Shown here piece by piece: positions 12,925 to 23,942 of a DNA stretch of 64,000 nucleotides. The stretch lies in assembly GCF_044324785.1 (NCBI RefSeq), contig NZ_CP172127.1; one strand, 5' to 3'. Each line of letters begins with the position of its first letter. Position 1 is the stretch's first letter. Both the position numbers and the translations under genes were made by a program. The notes below the pieces were generated by a model, which saw only the letters and a program-made list of their open reading frames with translations, was not told the origin of the DNA and ran no database searches. The DNA is from Escherichia coli (GTDB taxonomy: Bacteria; Pseudomonadota; Gammaproteobacteria; Enterobacterales; Enterobacteriaceae).

Positions 12925-13001
12925 GGCTACGTAGCTCAGTTGGTTAGAGCACATCACTCATAATGATGGGGTCACAGGTTCGAATCCCGTCGTAGCCACC
13001 A
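12925..13001 (+). tRNA. metU: tRNA-Met (elongator, anticodon CAT), identical second copy
   Basis: 77 nt identical to the copy at 12642-12718. Confidence 0.95.
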
Positions 13002-13049
13002 AATTCTGAATGTGTCGAATAAGTTCGGCAAATTCACAAACCAATTTGT

Positions 13050-13124
13050 TGGGGTATCGCCAAGCGGTAAGGCACCGGATTCTGATTCCGGCATTCCGAG
13101 GTTCGAATCCTCGTACCCCAGCCA
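13050..13124 (+). tRNA. glnV: tRNA-Gln (anticodon CTG)
   Basis: 75 nt TGGGGTATCGCCAAGCGGTAAGGCACCGGATTCTGATTCCGG...CCCCAGCCA; paralog name (glnV vs glnX) ambiguous. Confidence 0.95.
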
Positions 13125-13128
13125 CATT

Positions 13129-13160
13129 AAAAAAGCTCGCTTCGGCGAGCTTTTTGCTTT
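13129..13160 (+). terminator. Rho-independent terminator of the tRNA operon
   Basis: AAAAAGCTCGC-TTCG-GCGAGCTTTTTGCTTTT: GC stem, tetraloop, T-run. Confidence 0.8.
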
Positions 13161-13211
13161 TCTGCGTATATTCAATGTCGAATGCGATGTTGACACGTCT
13201 TATCCTTCAAA

Positions 13212-13248
13212 GTCGGATGCGACGCTGACGCGTCTTATCCGACCTACG
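13212..13248. repeat. REP (repetitive extragenic palindrome) element
   Basis: GTCGGATGCGACGCTGACGCGTCTTATCCGACCTACG resembles the E. coli REP consensus; a partial second copy lies just upstream (about 13185-13205). Confidence 0.6.
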
Positions 13249-13277
13249 GTTGGCATGCATCCGGCAATGTTGTAAGG

Positions 13278-14453
13278 CTACAACCCTAACGCATATTTCA
13301 GCGCCTGACGTTTCAACACGCCAGCACGCTCCGCCGCCATCAAACCAAGATTACGCACAAAACGCAGTGGTGGCAGATTATTGCTGAATCCGGCATAAAA
13401 CAGATCCATACCGCTCTGCATAATGAAGTTATCCGCCATGCGCCGCATCTGGTAACGCTTGAGGATCGGATAACTGGCCCACGCTTCGCCATGGCTGCGA
13501 GCGTTGACCAGAACGTCAATCAGGGCATCGACATCACGATAACCAAGATTCACCCCCTGCCCCGCCAGCGGATGAATGGTGTGCGCCGCATCGCCCACCA
13601 GCGCAAGCCCCGGCTGCACATACTGCAACGCATGGCGGCGCGTCAGCGGAAAAGCGCCAGCGGCAAGCGGTGTTACATACCCAAGACGCGACGGGAAATG
13701 CTTCGCGATTTCCGCCTGTAACTGCGCCATATTCATATTCTGCAACTGGCGAATGCGTGCCGGAGAGTCATACCACACCAGCGATGCCCAGTTATCAAAC
13801 AACGGCAGAAACGCACGAGGTCCATCCGGGGTAAATTGCTGCCAGGTGCTGTCGCCGGGATCGTTCTCACACTGTACGCTAATCAACATACACGACTGTG
13901 CATACTGCCAGGCATGAACGCCAATTCCCGCCATCTGCCGCACCTGCGAATTTGCGCCGTCGGCACCAATCACCAGCTTCGCGCGGATCGTTTCACCGCC
14001 CTTCAGTTCCAGCTCCTGAAGATCATTATGGCGATGCAGCGCAATCAGCGAGCCTGGCACACGTAACGTTACTTTCGGATGCGCTTCCAGCGCCTGCCAC
14101 AGCGCCTGTTGCAGGACAGTGTTTTCCACCATGTAGCCAAGCAACGGTAGCTTAAGTTCAGCGGCGTCAAACACCACATGCGCCGTTTCCCACTCCCACG
14201 TTTCCAGTCTGCGGTAGGGATGGCAACGCATAGCCTGTACCGCGTCCCAGACGCCTAAACCTTTAAGCAATGATACCGAAGCCGCGCTGATCGCCGAGAT
14301 CCGCACGTCCGGCTGGCTGTCAGCGACAAACGGTGCAGGTTGGGCATGTTCGATAACCATTACCGAAAATCCGTGCTGAGCCAGTCCCAGCGCCAGTGCG
14401 CCGCCGACCATTCCTCCGCCGACAATGGCAATTTCCGTTGGTTGATTTGTCAT
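13278..14453 (-). CDS. ubiF: Ubiquinone biosynthesis hydroxylase UbiF (FAD-dependent monooxygenase)
   Basis: 391 aa from MTNQPTEIAIVGGGMVGGALA (FAD-binding GxGxxG); track ORF begins 2 codons upstream. Confidence 0.9.
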   Translation of the reverse strand: MTNQPTEIAIVGGGMVGGALALGLAQHGFSVMVIEHAQPAPFVADSQPDVRISAISAASVSLLKGLGVWDAVQAMRCHPYRRLETWEWETAHVVFDAAELKLPLLGYMVENTVLQQALWQALEAHPKVTLRVPGSLIALHRHNDLQELELKGGETIRAKLVIGADGANSQVRQMAGIGVHAWQYAQSCMLISVQCENDPGDSTWQQFTPDGPRAFLPLFDNWASLVWYDSPARIRQLQNMNMAQLQAEIAKHFPSRLGYVTPLAAGAFPLTRRHALQYVQPGLALVGDAAHTIHPLAGQGVNLGYRDVDALIDVLVNARSHGEAWASYPILKRYQMRRMADNFIMQSGMDLFYAGFSNNLPPLRFVRNLGLMAAERAGVLKRQALKYALGL

Positions 14454-14598
14454 GGTCAATCATCCTGTTAGCAATATGCTTTAAGTTTACAGGATTTTTA
14501 CCCCCAAGGGCTGATAACGCTCATACTGGTCACAACGGCAGCAAAGCATTACACTATGCGCCCTGCATTCCTGGCTACTATTTCGCAAGAGCAAGTCG

Positions 14599-16023
14599 AT
14601 GACCAAAAAACTCCATATTAAAACCTGGGGCTGTCAGATGAACGAGTACGATTCATCGAAGATGGCCGATCTGCTGGATGCCACCCACGGCTATCAACTG
14701 ACCGACGTGGCGGAAGAAGCGGATGTGCTGCTGCTGAACACCTGCTCAATCCGCGAGAAGGCTCAGGAAAAAGTCTTCCATCAGTTGGGTCGCTGGAAAC
14801 TGTTAAAAGAGAAGAATCCAGACCTGATTATCGGTGTCGGCGGCTGCGTGGCATCGCAAGAAGGCGAGCACATTCGCCAGCGCGCCCACTATGTCGATAT
14901 TATTTTTGGGCCGCAAACGCTGCACCGTCTGCCGGAGATGATCAACTCCGTGCGCGGCGACCGCAGCCCGGTTGTAGATATCAGCTTCCCGGAAATCGAG
15001 AAGTTTGACCGTCTACCGGAACCGCGCGCCGAAGGGCCGACCGCGTTTGTCTCCATCATGGAAGGCTGCAATAAATATTGTACCTACTGCGTGGTGCCTT
15101 ACACCCGTGGTGAAGAGGTAAGCCGTCCGTCTGACGATATTCTGTTTGAGATTGCCCAGCTTGCGGCTCAGGGCGTGCGTGAAGTCAACCTGCTCGGTCA
15201 GAACGTGAACGCCTGGCGTGGTGAAAACTACGACGGCACCACCGGAACGTTTGCCGATCTGCTGCGTCTGGTTGCGGCGATCGACGGGATCGATCGTATT
15301 CGCTTTACCACCAGCCATCCGATCGAATTCACCGACGATATCATCGAAGTGTACCGCGACACGCCGGAGCTGGTGAGTTTCCTGCATCTGCCGGTACAGA
15401 GCGGTTCCGATCGCATTCTGAACCTGATGGGACGTACCCATACAGCGCTGGAGTACAAAGCGATCATCCGTAAACTGCGTGCGGCGCGTCCGGATATTCA
15501 GATCAGTTCTGACTTCATCGTTGGCTTCCCTGGCGAAACCACCGAAGACTTCGAGAAAACGATGAAGCTGATTGCCGACGTCAATTTCGACATGAGCTAC
15601 AGCTTTATCTTCTCTGCACGTCCGGGTACGCCAGCCGCCGATATGGTTGATGATGTTCCGGAAGAAGAGAAGAAGCAGCGTCTGTATATTCTGCAAGAAC
15701 GTATTAATCAGCAAGCGATGGCATGGAGCCGCCGGATGCTCGGCACCACCCAGCGTATTCTGGTAGAAGGTACATCGCGTAAGAGCATCATGGAGCTTTC
15801 CGGTCGCACTGAAAATAACCGCGTGGTCAACTTTGAAGGCACGCCAGATATGATCGGTAAATTCGTCGATGTAGAAATTACCGACGTCTACCCGAACTCT
15901 CTGCGCGGTAAAGTGGTGCGTACTGAAGATGAAATGGGTCTGCGCGTGGCAGAAACACCCGAATCGGTGATTGCCCGTACCCGCAAAGAAAACGACCTTG
16001 GCGTGGGTTATTATCAGCCGTAA
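14599..16023 (+). CDS. miaB: tRNA i6A37 methylthiotransferase MiaB (radical SAM)
   Basis: 474-aa ORF; radical-SAM CNKYCTYC motif, N-terminal MTTase domain, C-terminal TRAM. Confidence 0.96.
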   Translation: MTKKLHIKTWGCQMNEYDSSKMADLLDATHGYQLTDVAEEADVLLLNTCSIREKAQEKVFHQLGRWKLLKEKNPDLIIGVGGCVASQEGEHIRQRAHYVDIIFGPQTLHRLPEMINSVRGDRSPVVDISFPEIEKFDRLPEPRAEGPTAFVSIMEGCNKYCTYCVVPYTRGEEVSRPSDDILFEIAQLAAQGVREVNLLGQNVNAWRGENYDGTTGTFADLLRLVAAIDGIDRIRFTTSHPIEFTDDIIEVYRDTPELVSFLHLPVQSGSDRILNLMGRTHTALEYKAIIRKLRAARPDIQISSDFIVGFPGETTEDFEKTMKLIADVNFDMSYSFIFSARPGTPAADMVDDVPEEEKKQRLYILQERINQQAMAWSRRMLGTTQRILVEGTSRKSIMELSGRTENNRVVNFEGTPDMIGKFVDVEITDVYPNSLRGKVVRTEDEMGLRVAETPESVIARTRKENDLGVGYYQP

Positions 16024-16175
16024 TTCTCAGGCCTGCCGTTCCGGTGGGCCTTGTTTTTTCTCTCTTTATCCCCATCTTTATCGCAATGCTTGCGCCTTTT
16101 TCCTGTGGCGTGAATAATTTCCTTATAGGCCGGTGAATGTTCAGCTTCCGGCGGCATACAGATAAGAGGAACGGT

Positions 16176-17216
16176 TTGAACATAGACACTCGCGAAATCA
16201 CTCTGGAGCCAGCAGACAACGCACGTCTGTTGAGCCTGTGCGGCCCGTTTGATGACAACATCAAACAACTCGAACGCCGTCTCGGCATCGAGATCAATCG
16301 CCGCGATAACCACTTTAAACTGACCGGCCGTCCGATTTGCGTCACCGCTGCGGCAGACATTCTGCGTAGCCTGTATGTCGATACTGCCCCGATGCGCGGT
16401 CAGATTCAGGATATTGAACCGGAACAGATCCACCTTGCGATTAAAGAAGCGCGAGTACTGGAGCAAAGCGCGGAGAGCGTGCCGGAGTACGGCAAAGCGG
16501 TCAATATCAAAACCAAACGCGGCGTAATCAAGCCGCGCACGCCAAACCAGGCGCAGTACATTGCCAATATTCTCGACCATGACATCACCTTCGGCGTTGG
16601 CCCGGCGGGTACGGGTAAAACCTACCTGGCAGTGGCTGCGGCAGTTGATGCCCTGGAGCGTCAGGAAATTCGCCGTATTCTGCTGACTCGTCCGGCGGTC
16701 GAAGCCGGTGAGAAACTGGGCTTCCTGCCTGGCGATTTAAGCCAGAAAGTAGACCCGTATCTGCGCCCACTGTACGACGCGCTGTTTGAAATGCTGGGCT
16801 TTGAGAAAGTCGAGAAACTGATTGAGCGCAACGTTATTGAAGTCGCGCCGCTGGCCTATATGCGTGGTCGTACGCTGAACGACGCGTTTATCATTCTCGA
16901 TGAGAGCCAGAACACCACCATCGAACAGATGAAGATGTTCCTGACCCGTATCGGTTTTAACTCAAAAGCGGTTATCACCGGCGACGTCACACAGATCGAC
17001 CTGCCGCGTAATACCAAGTCAGGCTTGCGTCACGCCATCGAAGTGCTGGCCGATGTTGAAGAGATCAGCTTTAACTTCTTCCACAGCGAAGACGTGGTTC
17101 GTCACCCGGTGGTGGCGCGTATCGTTAACGCTTATGAAGCCTGGGAAGAAGCAGAACAAAAACGTAAAGCGGCGCTGGCAGCAGAACGCAAGCGCGAAGA
17201 ACAGGAACAAAAATGA
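16176..17216 (+). CDS. ybeZ: PhoH-like ATPase YbeZ
   Basis: 346 aa from TTG start ([11 protein letters not shown]...); Walker A GPAGTGKT; 4-nt overlap with ybeY. Confidence 0.88.
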
Positions 17217-17680
17217 GTCAGGTGATCCTCGATTTACAACTGGCATGTGAAGATAATTCCGGGTTACCGGAAGAGAGCCAGTTTCAAACATGGCTGAATG
17301 CGGTGATCCCGCAGTTTCAGGAGGAATCGGAAGTGACGATTCGCGTGGTCGATACCGCCGAAAGCCACAGTCTGAATCTGACCTATCGCGGTAAGGATAA
17401 GCCGACCAACGTGCTCTCCTTCCCGTTTGAAGTGCCGCCTGGAATGGAGATGTCGCTACTGGGCGATCTGGTTATCTGCCGTCAGGTGGTTGAGAAGGAA
17501 GCACAGGAGCAAGGCAAACCACTGGAGGCGCACTGGGCGCATATGGTGGTGCACGGCAGTCTGCATTTGTTAGGTTACGATCACATCGAAGATGACGAAG
17601 CAGAAGAAATGGAAGCCCTCGAAACAGAGATTATGCTTGCTCTGGGCTATGAGGATCCGTACATTGCCGAGAAAGAATAA
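17213..17680 (+). CDS. ybeY: Endoribonuclease YbeY (16S rRNA maturation)
   Basis: 155-aa ORF with metal-binding [11 protein letters not shown] motif. Confidence 0.95.
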
Positions 17681-17769
17681 TTTGCCAGGCATTTGACTGG
17701 CAGATGTCCCCGCCGTTGGTGATTAACGACGGCGTTTTGATTAACTAACATGAGAACCCATACGACGCC

Positions 17770-18648
17770 ATGAGCGACGACAATTCACACAGTAGTGACA
17801 CGATAAGCAACAAGAAGGGATTTTTCTCCCTGTTACTCAGCCAACTTTTCCACGGTGAACCGAAAAACCGTGACGAACTGCTGGCGCTGATCCGTGATTC
17901 CGGGCAGAACGACCTTATCGACGAAGATACGCGCGATATGCTCGAAGGGGTGATGGACATCGCAGACCAACGCGTCCGCGACATCATGATCCCCCGCTCC
18001 CAGATGATTACCCTGAAACGCAACCAGACGCTGGACGAATGCCTTGATGTCATCATCGAGTCCGCCCACTCACGTTTCCCGGTGATTAGCGAAGACAAAG
18101 ATCACATTGAAGGGATTCTGATGGCGAAAGACTTGCTGCCGTTTATGCGCAGCGATGCTGAAGCCTTCAGCATGGACAAAGTGTTACGTCAGGCGGTTGT
18201 CGTTCCTGAAAGTAAGCGCGTAGACCGGATGCTGAAAGAGTTTCGCTCTCAGCGTTACCACATGGCGATCGTCATTGACGAATTCGGTGGGGTTTCCGGT
18301 CTGGTGACCATTGAAGACATCCTGGAACTGATTGTTGGTGAGATTGAAGACGAGTATGACGAAGAAGATGATATCGACTTCCGTCAGCTGAGTCGTCATA
18401 CCTGGACCGTGCGCGCACTGGCTTCCATTGAAGACTTCAACGAAGCCTTCGGCACCCACTTTAGCGATGAAGAGGTTGACACTATCGGTGGTCTGGTGAT
18501 GCAGGCATTTGGGCATCTTCCGGCGCGTGGCGAAACTATCGACATCGACGGTTACCAGTTCAAAGTGGCGATGGCCGACAGTCGGCGTATTATTCAGGTT
18601 CATGTCAAAATCCCGGATGACTCACCCCAGCCGAAGCTGGATGAATAA
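17770..18648 (+). CDS. corC: CorC/YbeX, CBS-domain Mg/Co efflux-associated protein
   Basis: 292-aa ORF with tandem CBS domains and C-terminal CorC/HlyC domain. Confidence 0.93.
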   Translation: MSDDNSHSSDTISNKKGFFSLLLSQLFHGEPKNRDELLALIRDSGQNDLIDEDTRDMLEGVMDIADQRVRDIMIPRSQMITLKRNQTLDECLDVIIESAHSRFPVISEDKDHIEGILMAKDLLPFMRSDAEAFSMDKVLRQAVVVPESKRVDRMLKEFRSQRYHMAIVIDEFGGVSGLVTIEDILELIVGEIEDEYDEEDDIDFRQLSRHTWTVRALASIEDFNEAFGTHFSDEEVDTIGGLVMQAFGHLPARGETIDIDGYQFKVAMADSRRIIQVHVKIPDDSPQPKLDE

Positions 18649-18672
18649 AACCGAAACTGGATAGATAACTAC

Positions 18673-20211
18673 ATGGCTTTTGCCTCATTAATTGAACGCC
18701 AGCGCATTCGCCTGCTGCTGGCGTTATTATTCGGTGCCTGCGGAACGCTGGCCTTCTCTCCTTACGACGTCTGGCCTGCGGCGATTATTTCGCTGATGGG
18801 GCTTCAGGCGCTGACCTTTAACCGCCGTCCACTCCAGTCTGCCGCTATTGGCTTTTGCTGGGGATTTGGCCTCTTTGGCAGCGGTATTAACTGGGTCTAT
18901 GTCAGCATCGCGACTTTTGGTGGAATGCCTGGCCCGGTTAACATCTTCTTGGTGGTGCTGCTGGCGGCGTATTTGTCGCTGTATACCGGACTGTTTGCTG
19001 GCGTGCTGTCGCGTCTGTGGCCGAAAACCACCTGGCTGCGCGTGGCGATTGCCGCCCCTGCTCTCTGGCAAGTGACCGAGTTTCTGCGCGGTTGGGTGCT
19101 GACTGGTTTCCCGTGGTTACAGTTCGGCTATAGCCAGATTGATGGCCCGTTAAAAGGGCTGGCACCGATAATGGGCGTGGAAGCCATTAACTTCCTGCTA
19201 ATGATGGTTAGCGGCCTGCTGGCACTGGCGTTGGTCAAACGCAACTGGCGTCCGATGGTGGTGGCCGTCGTGCTGTTCGCCCTTCCCTTCCCGCTGCGTT
19301 ACATCCAGTGGTTTACCCCGCAACCGGAGAAAACCATTCAGGTTTCGATGGTTCAGGGCGATATTCCGCAATCGCTGAAGTGGGACGAAAGCCAGCTTCT
19401 TAATACGCTGAAAATTTATTACAACGCGACGGCACCGCTGATGGGCAAATCGTCGCTGATTATCTGGCCGGAGTCGGCGATAACCGATCTGGAAATTAAT
19501 CAGCAACCGTTCCTCAAAGCACTGGACGGTGAGTTGCGCGATAAAGGTAGCTCGCTGGTAACCGGGATTGTCGACGCGCGTCTCAATAAGCAGAACCGCT
19601 ACGATACCTACAACACCATCATCACGCTGGGTAAAGGTGCACCGTACAGCTACGAATCAGCCGATCGCTATAACAAAAACCATCTGGTGCCGTTTGGCGA
19701 GTTTGTCCCGCTGGAGTCGATTCTGCGTCCGTTAGCGCCGTTCTTTGATCTGCCGATGTCGTCGTTCAGCCGTGGGCCATATATCCAGCCGCCGCTGTCG
19801 GTAAATGGTATTGAGCTTACTGCGGCTATTTGCTACGAGATCATTCTCGGCGAGCAAGTGCGCGATAACTTCCGCCCGGATACCGACTATCTGCTGACTA
19901 TCTCCAACGATGCGTGGTTTGGTAAGTCTATTGGTCCATGGCAGCACTTCCAGATGGCGCGAATGCGTGCGCTGGAGCTGGCGCGCCCATTGCTGCGTAG
20001 CACCAACAACGGTATTACGGCGGTGATTGGCCCGCAGGGTGAGATTCAGGCAATGATCCCGCAGTTCACCCGCGAAGTGTTGACCACTAACGTGACTCCG
20101 ACCACCGGACTTACACCGTACGCACGTACCGGCAACTGGCCTCTGTGGGTGCTGACGGCACTGTTTGGTTTTGCTGCTGTGCTGATGAGCCTGCGTCAAC
20201 GACGTAAATAA
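18673..20211 (+). CDS. lnt: Apolipoprotein N-acyltransferase
   Basis: 512-aa ORF, N-terminal TM segments plus C-N hydrolase domain (catalytic Cys in ICYEIIL). Confidence 0.95.
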   Translation: MAFASLIERQRIRLLLALLFGACGTLAFSPYDVWPAAIISLMGLQALTFNRRPLQSAAIGFCWGFGLFGSGINWVYVSIATFGGMPGPVNIFLVVLLAAYLSLYTGLFAGVLSRLWPKTTWLRVAIAAPALWQVTEFLRGWVLTGFPWLQFGYSQIDGPLKGLAPIMGVEAINFLLMMVSGLLALALVKRNWRPMVVAVVLFALPFPLRYIQWFTPQPEKTIQVSMVQGDIPQSLKWDESQLLNTLKIYYNATAPLMGKSSLIIWPESAITDLEINQQPFLKALDGELRDKGSSLVTGIVDARLNKQNRYDTYNTIITLGKGAPYSYESADRYNKNHLVPFGEFVPLESILRPLAPFFDLPMSSFSRGPYIQPPLSVNGIELTAAICYEIILGEQVRDNFRPDTDYLLTISNDAWFGKSIGPWQHFQMARMRALELARPLLRSTNNGITAVIGPQGEIQAMIPQFTREVLTTNVTPTTGLTPYARTGNWPLWVLTALFGFAAVLMSLRQRRK

Positions 20212-20222
20212 TCCCTTCTTAT

Positions 20223-20290
20223 CGTGCCGGAATACATCCCGTATTTCGGCACGCTCACCGGATGCGGCATCAGTGCGTTATCCGGATAAC
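20223..20290. repeat. Hairpin followed by REP-like element downstream of lnt
   Basis: CGTGCCGGAATACATCCCGTATTTCGGCACG stem-loop, then CACCGGATGCGGCATCAGTGCGTTATCCGGATAAC (REP-like). Confidence 0.5.
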
Positions 20291-20607
20291 AAAATTCCCC
20301 TATCCAACTTTGGCACATCTATTGCTTTGTTATACAAGGCAAAGCTTGAACCAGCATCAGTACAACCCGATTGCACCACAGCAATCCACGGGTAGCACCA
20401 AAAGAGTGCATTTTAAGAATTTTGCTTCGGAATGGTGCGGCGCATCTCGCAAAAACAAACAATAAAACATCAATATCTTTACATTTAGCCAAACTAAATG
20501 TTACCTAACAAGCACAACACTGCACAATAAAGTTGCAGATGATAACAACACAAACACTCACAACGGGTATCCATGCGTTCTTAACGCAGAAGATAAAGGA
20601 GTTGGAT

Positions 20608-21516
20608 ATGCAATTACGTAAACCTGCCACAGCAATCCTGGCCCTGGCGCTTTCCGCAGGACTGGCACAGGCAGATGACGCCGCCCCGGCAGCGGGCAGT
20701 ACTCTGGACAAAATCGCCAAAAACGGTGTGATTGTCGTCGGTCACCGTGAATCTTCAGTGCCTTTCTCTTATTACGACAATCAGCAAAAAGTGGTGGGTT
20801 ACTCGCAGGATTACTCCAACGCCATTGTTGAAGCAGTGAAAAAGAAACTCAACAAACCGGACTTGCAGGTAAAACTGATTCCGATTACCTCACAAAACCG
20901 TATTCCGCTGCTGCAAAACGGCACTTTTGATTTTGAATGTGGCTCTACCACCAACAACGTCGAACGCCAAAAACAGGCGGCTTTCTCTGACACTATTTTC
21001 GTGGTCGGTACGCGCCTGCTGACCAAAAAGGGCGGCGATATCAAAGATTTTGCCGACCTGAAAGGCAAAGCCGTAGTCGTCACTTCCGGCACTACCTCTG
21101 AAGTTTTGCTCAACAAATTGAATGAAGAGCAAAAAATGAATATGCGCATCATCAGCGCCAAAGATCACGGTGACTCTTTCCGCACCCTGGAAAGCGGTCG
21201 TGCTGTTGCCTTTATGATGGATGACGCTCTGCTGGCCGGTGAACGTGCGAAAGCGAAGAAACCAGACAACTGGGATATCGTCGGCAAGCCGCAGTCTCAG
21301 GAAGCCTACGGTTGCATGTTGCGTAAAGATGATCCGCAGTTCAAAAAGCTGATGGATGACACCATCGCGCAGGTGCAGACCTCCGGTGAAGCGGAAAAAT
21401 GGTTTGATAAGTGGTTTAAAAATCCCATTCCGCCGAAAAACCTGAACATGAATTTCGAGCTGTCAGACGAAATGAAAGCACTGTTCAAAGAACCGAATGA
21501 TAAGGCACTGAACTAA
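20608..21516 (+). CDS. gltI: Glutamate/aspartate periplasmic binding protein
   Basis: 302 aa from MQLRKPATAILALALSAGLAQA (signal peptide); track ORF extends 25 codons upstream. Confidence 0.93.
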   Translation: MQLRKPATAILALALSAGLAQADDAAPAAGSTLDKIAKNGVIVVGHRESSVPFSYYDNQQKVVGYSQDYSNAIVEAVKKKLNKPDLQVKLIPITSQNRIPLLQNGTFDFECGSTTNNVERQKQAAFSDTIFVVGTRLLTKKGGDIKDFADLKGKAVVVTSGTTSEVLLNKLNEEQKMNMRIISAKDHGDSFRTLESGRAVAFMMDDALLAGERAKAKKPDNWDIVGKPQSQEAYGCMLRKDDPQFKKLMDDTIAQVQTSGEAEKWFDKWFKNPIPPKNLNMNFELSDEMKALFKEPNDKALN

Positions 21517-21674
21517 TTACAAGAACCAGGGGCGGAAATTCCAGCCCTCTCGATTGTTACGTAGCACGGACAGACTATACGCCTGATGGTCGTTCCCCAT
21601 CGGGCCTGAAAACCGCAATACGCTGGGTAACAATCTTCGAGGGTAGCAGTTAACGCTGCTACCCTCTTTTTTCT
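21512..21674 (+). ncRNA. sroC: SroC sRNA region (processed from the gltI 3' end/gltI-gltJ spacer) including intrinsic terminator
   Basis: Conserved spacer ending in GAGGGTAGCAG-TTAAC-GCTGCTACCCTC+TTTTTT hairpin at 21640-21674; location matches the known SroC locus. Confidence 0.6.
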
Positions 21675-21685
21675 GGAGTAGATTT

Positions 21686-22426
21686 ATGTCTATAGACTGG
21701 AACTGGGGTATTTTTTTACAACAAGCCCCGTTCGGCAACACCACCTATCTTGGTTGGATCTGGAGTGGTTTTCAGGTGACGATCGCTTTGTCGATCTGCG
21801 CCTGGATTATCGCTTTCCTCGTCGGTTCATTTTTCGGCATTTTACGTACCGTTCCAAACCGTTTTCTCTCCGGTCTGGGTACGTTGTATGTCGAACTGTT
21901 CCGCAACGTGCCGTTGATTGTGCAATTCTTTACCTGGTATCTGGTGATCCCGGAGTTGCTGCCAGAGAAAATCGGCATGTGGTTTAAGGCCGAACTGGAT
22001 CCCAATATTCAGTTTTTCCTTTCATCCATGCTCTGCCTGGGGCTGTTTACCGCCGCCCGTGTTTGCGAACAGCTACGCGCCGCGATTCAGTCGTTGCCGC
22101 GTGGGCAGAAGAATGCCGCGCTGGCGATGGGTCTGACGCTACCGCAGGCTTACCGCTACGTACTGCTGCCTAATGCTTATCGCGTTATCGTCCCGCCGAT
22201 GACCTCAGAGATGATGAACCTGGTGAAAAACTCCGCCATCGCCTCGACCATCGGTCTGGTAGATATGGCAGCGCAGGCCGGTAAATTGCTTGATTACTCA
22301 GCCCACGCCTGGGAGTCGTTTACCGCCATTACGCTTGCGTATGTGTTGATTAACGCTTTTATCATGCTGGTGATGACGCTGGTTGAACGTAAAGTTCGCC
22401 TGCCTGGCAACATGGGGGGCAAATAA
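21686..22426 (+). CDS. gltJ: Glutamate/aspartate ABC transporter permease
   Basis: 246-aa polytopic ORF; 1-nt stop/start overlap with gltK. Confidence 0.94.
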
Positions 22427-23100
22427 TGTACGAGTTTGACTGGAGTTCCATTGTCCCTTCCCTGCCATATCTGCTGGATGGGCTGGTGATCACCCTGAAA
22501 ATCACCGTCACGGCAGTCGTGATTGGTATTTTGTGGGGCACCATGCTGGCGGTGATGCGCTTGTCCAGCTTTGCGCCTGTTGCGTGGTTTGCCAAAGCCT
22601 ACGTTAACGTATTCCGCTCGATTCCTTTAGTCATGGTTTTGCTGTGGTTTTACCTGATTGTGCCGGGTTTTCTGCAAAACGTGCTGGGATTATCGCCAAA
22701 AAATGATATCCGTTTAATTTCGGCGATGGTGGCGTTTTCGATGTTTGAAGCGGCCTACTATTCAGAGATTATCCGCGCCGGTATTCAAAGTATTTCCCGT
22801 GGTCAGTCGAGCGCCGCGCTGGCGTTGGGGATGACTCACTGGCAGTCGATGAAACTGATTATTCTGCCGCAGGCTTTCCGCGCGATGGTGCCGCTGCTGC
22901 TCACTCAGGGCATCGTACTGTTTCAGGATACCTCACTGGTGTATGTGTTATCTCTGGCCGATTTCTTCCGTACCGCCTCAACCATTGGTGAGCGTGATGG
23001 TACGCAGGTTGAGATGATCCTGTTTGCCGGATTTGTTTATTTCGTTATTAGCCTTAGCGCGTCGTTGTTGGTCAGCTACTTGAAAAGAAGGACAGCATAA
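22426..23100 (+). CDS. gltK: Glutamate/aspartate ABC transporter permease
   Basis: 224-aa polytopic ORF; 1-nt stop/start overlap with gltL. Confidence 0.94.
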
Positions 23101-23825
23101 TGATTACCCTGAAAAATGTTTCAAAATGGTATGGTCACTTTCAGGTGCTGACCGACTGCTCAACCGAAGTGAAAAAAGGCGAAGTGGTGGTGGTTTGCGG
23201 CCCGTCTGGTTCCGGCAAATCAACGCTGATTAAAACCGTCAACGGCCTCGAACCGGTGCAGCAAGGTGAAATTACCGTCGATGGCATCGTGGTTAACGAT
23301 AAGAAAACCGATCTGGCAAAGCTGCGTTCCCGCGTCGGGATGGTGTTCCAGCATTTCGAGTTGTTCCCCCATTTGTCGATTATTGAAAACCTGACCCTGG
23401 CGCAGGTGAAAGTGCTTAAACGCGATAAAGCACCCGCTCGTGAAAAAGCATTGAAATTGCTGGAGCGCGTCGGGCTTTCCGCACATGCCAATAAATTTCC
23501 GGCGCAGCTTTCCGGCGGTCAGCAGCAGCGTGTGGCGATCGCTCGCGCATTGTGTATGGATCCTATTGCCATGCTGTTCGACGAACCGACATCGGCGCTG
23601 GATCCGGAGATGATCAACGAAGTGCTGGACGTGATGGTGGAACTGGCGAACGAAGGAATGACCATGATGGTGGTGACCCACGAAATGGGCTTTGCCCGTA
23701 AAGTGGCGAATCGGGTGATCTTTATGGATGAGGGTAAAATTGTCGAAGACTCGCCGAAAGATGCGTTCTTCGATGATCCGAAATCGGACCGCGCAAAAGA
23801 CTTCCTCGCGAAAATTCTGCATTAA
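23100..23825 (+). CDS. gltL: Glutamate/aspartate ABC transporter ATP-binding protein
   Basis: 241-aa ORF; Walker [13 protein letters not shown] signature LSGGQQQR, Walker B. Confidence 0.96.
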   Translation: MITLKNVSKWYGHFQVLTDCSTEVKKGEVVVVCGPSGSGKSTLIKTVNGLEPVQQGEITVDGIVVNDKKTDLAKLRSRVGMVFQHFELFPHLSIIENLTLAQVKVLKRDKAPAREKALKLLERVGLSAHANKFPAQLSGGQQQRVAIARALCMDPIAMLFDEPTSALDPEMINEVLDVMVELANEGMTMMVVTHEMGFARKVANRVIFMDEGKIVEDSPKDAFFDDPKSDRAKDFLAKILH

Positions 23826-23942
23826 TCACTCTGGCGCGCATACCCAAGTGCGCGCCATCTCACGCTTTATCGTTTCGCTCCTCGTATCTGTTACATCCTG
23901 GCGTTACCCTTGTCGCAAAGAAGCACACAACAAGGAGCAACA

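Noticed and set aside
12263-13277. tRNA cluster as a possible integration site for a mobile element or genomic island
   Set aside because: No integrase, direct repeat of a tRNA 3' end, or foreign-looking DNA nearby; ubiF follows directly after a terminator and REP elements.
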